IMG/VR virus record: IMGVR_UViG_3300031555_003442
Location: 96,001 to 160,000 of that record
Direction: 5' to 3' (one strand)
DNA from: a virus
Lineage: Duplodnaviria; Caudoviricetes
Length of the DNA stretch: 64,000 nt
The stretch's first letter is position 1, and every line of letters starts with the position of its first letter. Below are positions 37,532 to 45,845 of the stretch, piece by piece. The notes below the pieces were generated by a model. The model made no database searches. It was not told where the DNA came from and saw only the letters and a program-made list of their open reading frames with translations. The translations under genes and the position numbers were made by a program.

Positions 37532-37549
37532 GCATTGAGTAAAATTTGT

Positions 37550-39115
37550 TTATGCGCCCTTGAAGGCTTTCTGTGCCTCGGCAGTCTTTTTCCGCACGTC
37601 ACCGATAACGGTGCATATAGACTGAACGTCGGACAACAGCTTGGTTCCATCACCCTTCTTGACATCTTCGAGCATGGCGTCGGCAGTTGCGATAAGGGTT
37701 TCGAGCTTATTTGTAAAAGCGTTCAAATCCTCGGCTGTCATGTCGTTGGAGTGTGCCTTCTTGTACATCTCGATGTGATGCTTAATCGTTTCCTTGTAGT
37801 TCTCGGCAAGGCGGAGCCAGTTCTTCTTGTAATTCTCATCGTCGAGCGCCCTCAGTCCAGAAGTGAACTGGTTCATCTTCTGTGCTTCGGTAATGCCCAT
37901 CAACTCGAAGAATAGTTTCAGGGATTTCTTTATAGCGTTACGGCTTTCGGTTACAATCGTATTGATTGCGACCTGTGCCTCATCCTGCGTCTTTTTACCG
38001 CTGAGGAACTCTTTCGTGATTTCCTCGACCTTCTTCTTGTCGGCTTCGTCAAGAGTCTTCACGTATCTCAGGTCGAGATAATCCTCGATGTTTTCGCTGA
38101 GTCTGACATTATTCGATTCGTTCTCTTCTGGATTCATCCAACCCATCGTACTGTTAGGGTCGTTTGAGTTGAGCTTAATCCTTCCAAGATGGTACTTGTT
38201 GACGGCGATGTTCATCAAGTAAGCGGAGAGTGCAGCGGGCGTTTTCTGTCCGTTAAACTTGCTATTGCAGAAAGCAACGAAATTCTTGTATTCGGCCATC
38301 TGATTTACAAACCGCATTTTATCATCATCGCTAAGTATGTCAGCAGAATACTTCTTTGGTGCCTTCTCAAACAGCATTATCCTACGATGAATGTTTTCGA
38401 TTTCCTCATCGAAATCTTTGAGTTCATCATAGAATTCCTCTCTGTCGTTATTTGCGTCATTTCCTTCGAAGTAATTCTTCAGTGCATCCAACATGTTATC
38501 AACAATGTCCTTCATGTCCTTTTTGACTACGTCGAAACACCACTCGGTACGAGTAATGTTAAACCATGCCTGGCCTTTCTTGAGGAATGAGCTAACAGAC
38601 GGAGGGAGGGTCTCGTTGCATTCATCGTAAAACATGAGGAAGTTGCTGTACATGTACAGTACACGTAGAGCGTTCTTCTTGATTGGCCATTGTCCCTCGT
38701 TTCCCGAAAGTGTCAAGTATTGTTTGTTCTTCTGGACTTTGGCTGCTATATCGCTTGGAAGATTCTTCAGATTGTCTAGGAGACCGTTCCAACCCTTTTC
38801 GTCATCAGAAACGCTTGGAGTATAGACGTCGTTAGCCGACCCGAAATCATACTGGTCGTCGTTCGCTTCCTTTGCCTTGAACTCGGGGTCTGCCGATGTA
38901 TTTGCATTTGCATTTGTGGCTTTTGCCGTGTTCTCCTCGGTGGACACACCGCCGACGGTAACTTCCTCGTAGTTGTAGTTTGCGTCTATTGCATTCCAGT
39001 CGCAATTTTCCTTCTGCATGATTTCGTTGACCTTGGCACGGAGTTCGTCCTTCGTGCGGAGTACGTCATCTACTCTCTTGCCTTCCTTGTTCAACAGATA
39101 GTATTTCGTTTCCAT
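37550..39115 (-). CDS. hypothetical helical protein, putative virion protein
   Basis: Third gene of a late operon; AAGGAG RBS. Confidence 0.7.
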   Translation of the reverse strand: METKYYLLNKEGKRVDDVLRTKDELRAKVNEIMQKENCDWNAIDANYNYEEVTVGGVSTEENTAKATNANANTSADPEFKAKEANDDQYDFGSANDVYTPSVSDDEKGWNGLLDNLKNLPSDIAAKVQKNKQYLTLSGNEGQWPIKKNALRVLYMYSNFLMFYDECNETLPPSVSSFLKKGQAWFNITRTEWCFDVVKKDMKDIVDNMLDALKNYFEGNDANNDREEFYDELKDFDEEIENIHRRIMLFEKAPKKYSADILSDDDKMRFVNQMAEYKNFVAFCNSKFNGQKTPAALSAYLMNIAVNKYHLGRIKLNSNDPNSTMGWMNPEENESNNVRLSENIEDYLDLRYVKTLDEADKKKVEEITKEFLSGKKTQDEAQVAINTIVTESRNAIKKSLKLFFELMGITEAQKMNQFTSGLRALDDENYKKNWLRLAENYKETIKHHIEMYKKAHSNDMTAEDLNAFTNKLETLIATADAMLEDVKKGDGTKLLSDVQSICTVIGDVRKKTAEAQKAFKGA

Positions 39116-39130
39116 GGTAATCTCCTTGAT

Positions 39131-40339
39131 TTATTTGAGCAACGCACTCAGGGTGTGTTCCTTGGGTTGTTCATTGGACTGTTGAGTGGTGTTCTTGGAT
39201 GCTGGCTGTTCGGCAAGTTCCTTTGCAACGCTTTCGTCAACGCATTCGCTCGCCTTGATTTCGTTACCGTACCTCAACGTACCAGGCTTCATCTTGTCGC
39301 CCTTGTCACCAGAGCATGTTCCGACCCACCAGTTGTACTGGGTTCCCACGATAGGGAAGATGTGCTTTCTGAAGTAAGTCCTTGCGGCGGCCTTGGACTT
39401 GAAGTATCCGATACGGACACGCCATACGTCCTCACGGGTCGTGTTCTGGGCAAGACCGTCATACTGGTACGTGTACACGCCTTGGATTCCCTTCAATGAG
39501 AGGGCCCTTGCCTTTTCCCTTGCGACCGCACCGTCTTCCTTGCTCGGCGAGAACAGGTTGATTACGAAGTTGTGAGTTGTGCTGCACTTCCCTTTATATC
39601 TCGGGTCATCTGCTGGATGGAAGTCGTCGTCCTTCCACTTATATGCAGCGGCGGGCGCCTTCTTCTTTGTTGGAACTGGCTCGCCTTTTGTCTTAGTACC
39701 GACATCAGATTCTTTATGCGGTTCCTCTTTCTGAACAGGGGCTGGACATACGGGCGGGCATTCAGCCTTTGGTTGTTCTGGCTTCGGTGCTCCCTGCCTT
39801 ACTGCCTGAGGAGGTACCATCTGAGGTGGAGGAGGCGGAGGGGGAGGCGGAGCTTGACGAACGGGAGCCGAATACTGTTTTTCCATTTCCCACGGGTCAA
39901 CATTGTGCATGTTTACAACAGTGCGCTGGTCGTATTCCCTCGGGTCAATTCTTGGCCTTGGGGAATACGCTGCGATGTTCTCGTAGTGCTTGAGTGCGGC
40001 AGAGCCTTGTGGATTCTGCTTATGCCAGTTGATTACGTTTGCACCTGTCGGTGGTTGCGTCGGTTCGTCGTTTGCTACGGCGTCATTTCCGTTTACGACC
40101 AGCTTTCCGCCCTTTTCATTGTAGCTGGTTGAAAAGCGGGTTCCATTCGGGAATTGCTCAAATTGCACATATCCACCTTCAAACAGTGCGTTGTGTGCGG
40201 TAACGACCTCCTCAACAAGCTCACGAGGAGCGACTTCACTTATGGCTTCCATGAACGCCTTCATGCGCTTCTTGGCCATCCTCTTTGGACTGATTGTACC
40301 TTCCATAAGAGCCTTATCGTATTGTTCCATCTTGTTCAT
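39131..40339 (-). CDS. Pro-rich putative virion protein with C-terminal SPOR-like domain
   Basis: VWRVRIGYFKSKAAA; poly-Pro run; shared N-terminal leader motif. Confidence 0.6.
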   Translation of the reverse strand: MNKMEQYDKALMEGTISPKRMAKKRMKAFMEAISEVAPRELVEEVVTAHNALFEGGYVQFEQFPNGTRFSTSYNEKGGKLVVNGNDAVANDEPTQPPTGANVINWHKQNPQGSAALKHYENIAAYSPRPRIDPREYDQRTVVNMHNVDPWEMEKQYSAPVRQAPPPPPPPPPQMVPPQAVRQGAPKPEQPKAECPPVCPAPVQKEEPHKESDVGTKTKGEPVPTKKKAPAAAYKWKDDDFHPADDPRYKGKCSTTHNFVINLFSPSKEDGAVAREKARALSLKGIQGVYTYQYDGLAQNTTREDVWRVRIGYFKSKAAARTYFRKHIFPIVGTQYNWWVGTCSGDKGDKMKPGTLRYGNEIKASECVDESVAKELAEQPASKNTTQQSNEQPKEHTLSALLK

Positions 40340-40357
40340 AGCATTCTCCTTAAACAG

Positions 40358-41944
40358 TTATGCTGCATCGCTTGCATCAAACATTTTCTTCAACATGTCC
40401 GCATATCCAGGGATGTCCAACGCCTCGTTGATAGCGGCTTGGTCGATTGGGCTTGCATTGTTGTATGTATCGAGCAATTCAGTAGCGGCTTCCTCGTCAC
40501 CACCGTTCAGATACATAAAGTAAGCGGCGAGGGCGGCACCAAGCAGTGTACCGACTGTCTTACCCGTAGTGCTGTCGAATCCGAGGAACCTTGCACCGAT
40601 ATTACCTGCTGCACCGCCACCGAGAACGTACAGAACCTTCTTTACGTTATCAATCGTTGCTCCGTCACCGTTGCCCAGTTTCACATCGAGTTCTTCGGGC
40701 TTGCTGAAGAAGTCCCAAACCTTGTATCCGCCATAGCCGAGAGCGCCGACGGCAGCGAGCTTCAATCCTGCCCATGCACCGATTCTCAGCTTGTTTATCG
40801 TACCGAGGATAGGGAACTTGTCAAGCAAGCTGCCAAGACCGCCGATACGTCCGAAATTTCCGTAGAAAGGACGTCCGAACTGGTCAATGAACATACCACC
40901 GTTCCTGCCCATCTGCTTGAACATCTTGTCCCTCTGCAACCTCTGAGCGAACGGGCTTTCCGTACCCCTGAGACCGTTATTGAAGCCAAACCCACCAAAG
41001 CCGTTATTGAAGCCAGCATTCGCTTGTTGTGCATACTTGGCTTCTTGATTGGCCATACGGATACGGGAATTGATGTCGTCTATTTGGTTCGAATACTTCG
41101 CATTAGCCTCGTCAATAGCAGCCTTGAATTTATTTGCTGCGTTCCTTTTTTGTGCTTGCACAGAAGACTCTTTCAGTGAATTACTGGCCGCTCTTCTATC
41201 TATACGGGCTATTTCGGCATCGTATTCCATCTGGGCCTTATTGTACTCGTTCTGCCACTTGTTCTTCAGGTTGTCCCTCATGTTTTCCATTTCCTTGACC
41301 TGGAAATTTCTTGAACCGTTCTTTAAGCCAAGGTTCGTCATTTCGTCGAACTCGGTCCCGCCCTTGGTTGAAGCCTTGGCTCTAAGGTCTTCCATGTTCT
41401 GACGATTCTTGGTTCTCTGGTTGTACAACTTGTCTAGCTTATTGGCTGTCTTGTGGCTGACCAGATTCGGGTTGATGTTCATGGTCTTGTCCAACTGTGC
41501 GGACAGTGCGGCATCCTTAGCTGCCAAGTTGCCGTACTTATTTACCCTATTGGCACTACGGCCCGCTTTCGAGAAGAGGTTCTTAAACCATTGCCATGCG
41601 TTTCCGACACCTTCTGCAAGGATTTGCACCTGCTGGTCGTCGAGGCTTTCAAGGAATGACTCCTTCTCGGTGTCGCTCATGCTGTCGACCAATGCTTTCA
41701 AATCCTGTTGGTCTTCAAGGCTCATCATTGACGGTGCAGTTGCGACATCCTGGATTACCTGCTCGTTGGCTGCGGTCTCTACCGAATCATCGACGGCATT
41801 CTTTACGGCATCAGCCACATTTTCCGCCATCTGTTCGGGGGACTGGTTCTCGAAAAGAGCTGTATGGAGCTTCATGACCCCTTCCAGCTGGTTAGCCGAG
41901 AGAATCTTACCCGCCGCCTGCTCAAAAAGTGATTTGTTGTTCAT
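40358..41944 (-). CDS. putative virion protein with coiled coil and C-terminal glycine-rich hydrophobic helices
   Basis: Late box 28 nt upstream of ATG 41944; AAVGALGYGG, LGGGAAGNIG and TLLGAALAAY segments. Confidence 0.7.
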   Translation of the reverse strand: MNNKSLFEQAAGKILSANQLEGVMKLHTALFENQSPEQMAENVADAVKNAVDDSVETAANEQVIQDVATAPSMMSLEDQQDLKALVDSMSDTEKESFLESLDDQQVQILAEGVGNAWQWFKNLFSKAGRSANRVNKYGNLAAKDAALSAQLDKTMNINPNLVSHKTANKLDKLYNQRTKNRQNMEDLRAKASTKGGTEFDEMTNLGLKNGSRNFQVKEMENMRDNLKNKWQNEYNKAQMEYDAEIARIDRRAASNSLKESSVQAQKRNAANKFKAAIDEANAKYSNQIDDINSRIRMANQEAKYAQQANAGFNNGFGGFGFNNGLRGTESPFAQRLQRDKMFKQMGRNGGMFIDQFGRPFYGNFGRIGGLGSLLDKFPILGTINKLRIGAWAGLKLAAVGALGYGGYKVWDFFSKPEELDVKLGNGDGATIDNVKKVLYVLGGGAAGNIGARFLGFDSTTGKTVGTLLGAALAAYFMYLNGGDEEAATELLDTYNNASPIDQAAINEALDIPGYADMLKKMFDASDAA

Positions 41945-41971
41945 AGTTGTACTCAATGCTTTTCTGTAAAG

Positions 41972-41979
41972 AGTTTATA
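41972..41979 (-). promoter_or_regulatory. putative late promoter box TATAAACT
   Basis: 28 nt upstream of ATG 41944. Confidence 0.7.
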
Positions 41980-41997
41980 ACTTTTTCTGGGCCACCC

Positions 41998-42026
41998 TTG
42001 ACATTTGGAGACATTTTTAGTATTTT
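41998..42026 (+). promoter_or_regulatory. sigma70-type (early) promoter
   Basis: TTGACA-N17-TATTTT. Confidence 0.7.
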
Positions 42027-42045
42027 TCCACAAAAAGGGAAACTC

Positions 42046-42843
42046 ATGGAAGAAAAGGTTCCTAACTTATATAAGTTACACGATATCCTATGGAGTTCGT
42101 TCAGGGATATCTATTTCGAGGAGGAAGGTCACCGTTACACCGATTCTGAGGGTAACGAGTATAAGTCCGTCTCGACAGTAATCGAAGAGCATCATGACGA
42201 GTTCAAGGACAAGGAAGTCGCTCCGCACACGGCTGCAAAGATGACCAAGGAACTTGGACGGGTCGTGACCCCGAAAGAAGTTCTCGCCATGTGGAAGGAC
42301 AAGAACGATTACGGAAAGGATATCGGGCACGAGGTACACAGCGTAATGGAAAACCTGTGGGCCAGAAAGTCCTATTACCACAAGTTCAAGAAAAAGTACA
42401 AGTATGACGACATACAGGCCGACTTCGACAGGCGTATACCGAAATGCAAGGCCCTGTTTGCAAAGCTGTCCGAAAGGTATGTTCCAATCAGGACTGAACT
42501 TCCCGTCTACGACAAGAAGCACCTGATATGCGGCACGATGGACATCCTCCTTTACGACAAGACGACGGACAAGTTGGTAATCGGGGACTGGAAAACCAAT
42601 TCTCACCTGGATTTCGAACCGAAGCCGTACACGACCATGATGTATCCGCCGTTCGACAACTTGTACAATCTCAATTACCATCACTACTGCATCCAGCTAA
42701 GCATGTACAAGGCGATACTGGAGTTGAACACCCCGCTTAAAGTCGGTGCGATGTGGATATGCCACATTCCAGCCGAAGGCGATGCGAAACCCTACGGGAT
42801 AACCGACGTTTCCGACGTAATCAAGAGGACGATACTGGCATGA
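42046..42843 (+). CDS. PD-(D/E)XK exonuclease
   Basis: HRY..SVSTVI, GHEVH, TELPV, GTMD..IGDWKTN and QLSMY. Confidence 0.88.
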   Translation: MEEKVPNLYKLHDILWSSFRDIYFEEEGHRYTDSEGNEYKSVSTVIEEHHDEFKDKEVAPHTAAKMTKELGRVVTPKEVLAMWKDKNDYGKDIGHEVHSVMENLWARKSYYHKFKKKYKYDDIQADFDRRIPKCKALFAKLSERYVPIRTELPVYDKKHLICGTMDILLYDKTTDKLVIGDWKTNSHLDFEPKPYTTMMYPPFDNLYNLNYHHYCIQLSMYKAILELNTPLKVGAMWICHIPAEGDAKPYGITDVSDVIKRTILA

Positions 42844-43325
42844 CCTTCAATGAGATAGACAGGATGCTTCTGGGTTGCGGGCTTTCTAAAAACGTGGTGA
42901 ATACGTGGCAATCCGCTGTTTCCAGTGCATACTATTTCTCGTCCGCATGCAAGTACGACGACGCCTCGTTCCTGGCGAAAATGGCCGAAACATGCGTGGC
43001 AATGCTCGGGGAGACTACACTCCGTCTTTACCCTTTCTACGACCCGATAGAGATAAACGAGCTGTCCTTCAACGACGACAGCGCTTTCAATAGCAGCATC
43101 AGTCTCGACAAGCTGGAAATGACCCCTCAGGGCAAGCTCGTGATGGATTTTTACGAGAAATATGCGGCCAACCCGATGCTAAATCGTATAAACAACAGGG
43201 TGACTGTCAATTCTGTGTCGCTCAACGATGTTACCCCAGGTTTCAAGACGTTCGTCGTGGACATGCTCACGATGCAGCGTAAAATCAGGCAAATCAAGGC
43301 GGACAGGATATTATCGGACTTTTAA
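42840..43325 (+). CDS. hypothetical protein
   Basis: ATGA overlap. Confidence 0.65.
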   Translation: MTFNEIDRMLLGCGLSKNVVNTWQSAVSSAYYFSSACKYDDASFLAKMAETCVAMLGETTLRLYPFYDPIEINELSFNDDSAFNSSISLDKLEMTPQGKLVMDFYEKYAANPMLNRINNRVTVNSVSLNDVTPGFKTFVVDMLTMQRKIRQIKADRILSDF

Positions 43326-43404
43326 CGGCAATGCTGATTCCGCACAGCCAGCACGCCGAGAAGATGCTGAATAATGCGGTTCACCCTAATCAAAGGATGC
43401 TAAA

Positions 43405-43746
43405 ATGAAAAACGAAGCATACAAAAACAGGATTGCGGAGCGTTCCCACTCTACCGTGGGCTGCGACGTAAACAGCGACCTCGGCAAGATTAACCTCCGT
43501 GCCGCAAGACACCTCGAACGTGTCATCAGCAAGTGCAAGACCCAGACGGAAATCCGTCACGAGATGAAGCGTCTCCAGGACAGCGCCACCTTCATGAAGA
43601 AGCGCCACGACAAGGAGTACTACTCCCGCATCATCTCCGTCCTCCGTGAAGCGAAGGATGCCGTGGATGCCTTCCAGCGTGATGACATGAAGACGGTGTA
43701 CCAGATACACTCCAACTTCATGAAACAGGCTGCTAAGCATACCTAG
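43405..43746 (+). CDS. hypothetical protein
   Basis: AAGGA RBS; followed by a hairpin at 43761-43793. Confidence 0.7.
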   Translation: MKNEAYKNRIAERSHSTVGCDVNSDLGKINLRAARHLERVISKCKTQTEIRHEMKRLQDSATFMKKRHDKEYYSRIISVLREAKDAVDAFQRDDMKTVYQIHSNFMKQAAKHT

Positions 43747-43805
43747 TATTTTCAACCAAAGGGAATCTCGCCCGTTCATTACGGGTGGATTCCTGTTCCA
43801 ATTTT

Positions 43806-44192
43806 ATGAGTAAAAACGAACCGATTAACAACACACGCACACCAGTTATCAAGGAAGAGCCATGGATGTTGCAGGAAGCCATGACGGTCGGCCTGAAATT
43901 CCTCTACTCTACAACAGAGGGTTGCGAACAGAACGAGGTAATCTATGTCTTTATCCACCGTTTCAATATCGTCAGGATACGGTTTACGGTAGACACTGCC
44001 CATGGCATATTCCGTTCTGGACATGTCGACCAGATTGGTCACTTGCATTACAAGGAAGGCGAATTTTCGTTCGACGCCCGTCCGAACTGCGGAATGGTAT
44101 TCGCCGTACACGACGAAAGGGAGGCCATAGACGCTTTATTCGCCGTGCTGAACAAGAAGTTGATAGAAGACGACCCGAATAATATATTTTAA
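43806..44192 (+). CDS. hypothetical protein
   Basis: ORF within a plus-strand run. Confidence 0.65.
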   Translation: MSKNEPINNTRTPVIKEEPWMLQEAMTVGLKFLYSTTEGCEQNEVIYVFIHRFNIVRIRFTVDTAHGIFRSGHVDQIGHLHYKEGEFSFDARPNCGMVFAVHDEREAIDALFAVLNKKLIEDDPNNIF

Positions 44193-44228
44193 CTAAGCGA
44201 AAGCAAACCTAATTCAGAGGTATTTTTT

Positions 44229-44828
44229 ATGCAAAACGACCCTATCCTTGGTCTACTGAGCGGACTTATCGGAGTCCCAGAGGAAGAAATTCTGAGTGCG
44301 CTAAACAAGAGTTGTGCTCCTACCCCCGTCTCTATCAGGATGCCGAGACATCCGAGCGAATGGGATTCTCAACGCACTCAACCACAGCCGAAGGAAAGAG
44401 CTCTTTCCAGCAACCAGGAAATGGCCAACAAGATTAACGAGCTGTACAACGAGCTTAACCAGAAGGACAAGGACCTTAGGGAAGCCCGAGAAAGCGTAAG
44501 ACGCATGCAGGACAGCTTGCGTGATTTCAGAAAACGTGCGGAGGATGCCGAAATGAAGGCGGCATCAACACTTGCCAGCTACAACACGCTTTCCGCACAG
44601 TACAACAGTCTTTTCGACAAGTACCGTGCTGCGAAGGCTGCTCTCAGGGCGGCACAGAACAACAGCGTTTACAAGTGTTCCAACCCATTCACCGTGGCAA
44701 GTTTCGACCCTGCCGTTCCTAATGCCGATGAATATAGGGAACAGGTTGTCAACCCTAAAGAAGTTGACGCCATCGACATCCCTCTCGCTACCGCAGAAAG
44801 CATCATCAGGAAGATTCAGGGGTTGTAA
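44229..44828 (+). CDS. coiled-coil hypothetical protein
   Basis: GAGG RBS; heptad-like region. Confidence 0.7.
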   Translation: MQNDPILGLLSGLIGVPEEEILSALNKSCAPTPVSIRMPRHPSEWDSQRTQPQPKERALSSNQEMANKINELYNELNQKDKDLREARESVRRMQDSLRDFRKRAEDAEMKAASTLASYNTLSAQYNSLFDKYRAAKAALRAAQNNSVYKCSNPFTVASFDPAVPNADEYREQVVNPKEVDAIDIPLATAESIIRKIQGL

Positions 44829-45307
44829 TGGATATTTCCAAGTTCTGCAACGAAGAAGGAATAATCCCGAAGGAAACTTACGACAAGCTCTACAACGAGT
44901 ACAAGACTAAGTGCGACGGGATTATACCCCTTGGTGAAAAGTATGTCATGAACAAGGCTGGAACCGTCGGCCAGGTTGAACTCCCCGAGGGTTCCACTTT
45001 CATTATCGAGCTTGCTTACACCCCTACCATACACAGGATAGACATCGTCATCCTGTCCGAGGACGGACCGTGCATAGCGTTCGACGACATCGACGAATTG
45101 CTTTCTGTCCTGAAAACTTTCGATTTTTCCGTCTACAAGAAGGAACTGCTGGAAAAGCTCGACTTCCTAAGGGGCGAGACAATCAAGCTGTTCAAGATGA
45201 TTCAGGCAAACGACGTGGAACTCCTTCTCGAACTGAAGGGGGTCTTCCGCAAGATTGAACAACATGCCGAGGAAGCTGACTATTCAGTCAAGATTAAAGA
45301 TAGGTAG
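44828..45307 (+). CDS. hypothetical protein
   Basis: TAATG coupling. Confidence 0.7.
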   Translation: MDISKFCNEEGIIPKETYDKLYNEYKTKCDGIIPLGEKYVMNKAGTVGQVELPEGSTFIIELAYTPTIHRIDIVILSEDGPCIAFDDIDELLSVLKTFDFSVYKKELLEKLDFLRGETIKLFKMIQANDVELLLELKGVFRKIEQHAEEADYSVKIKDR

Positions 45308-45310
45308 ATT

Positions 45311-45817
45311 ATGCTAGTTACTAGAATTTTGAAGCTCTGCAAGGATTGCGGACTGGAAAACGACCCAGTAAAGGCTGGCGTCGACATGGGTACAACAATG
45401 CCGATTAAGAACGGCAAGTGGACCGAGAAGAAATACTTCGACGGCGAGTCTGGCTACGCCATGTGCCTTACCCCGAAGCATGTTCCCGAAAAGTACTACG
45501 ACCGTGGTGGAAACGAAATCCTCTACATGGATACGTTCACTTCGGAAAAGGACGGGACATTCATGAAGAACCTCACCCTGTTCCTTCCCATGATGAGCCG
45601 AGGCGGAAAGCTGATTTTCGTAAAGCGTGCCGTCGCCTCGGAAATTTACCGAAAGGACCTTATAATGGACGGAATCGAAGAATCGTTCATCATCGGCGAG
45701 GACTCCTATGAATCCTTCGTTCCCGAAATCCAGGTTCCCGAATGCGAGGACGCCGTAGTAGAAATTATCAAGAAATACATCACCAATGTCGCAGCCGTAT
45801 GCCGCACATTGGTATAA
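45311..45817 (+). CDS. hypothetical protein
   Basis: Operon spacing. Confidence 0.7.
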   Translation: MLVTRILKLCKDCGLENDPVKAGVDMGTTMPIKNGKWTEKKYFDGESGYAMCLTPKHVPEKYYDRGGNEILYMDTFTSEKDGTFMKNLTLFLPMMSRGGKLIFVKRAVASEIYRKDLIMDGIEESFIIGEDSYESFVPEIQVPECEDAVVEIIKKYITNVAAVCRTLV

Positions 45818-45820
45818 ACT
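45813..45820 (+). promoter_or_regulatory. putative late promoter box TATAAACT
   Basis: 26 nt upstream of ATG 45846. Confidence 0.65.
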
Positions 45821-45845
45821 GTAGTTGATTTATAGAGGATTGCTC

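Noticed and set aside
42046-42843. Cas4 assignment for the PD-(D/E)XK nuclease
   Set aside because: No four-Cys Fe-S motif and no cas context
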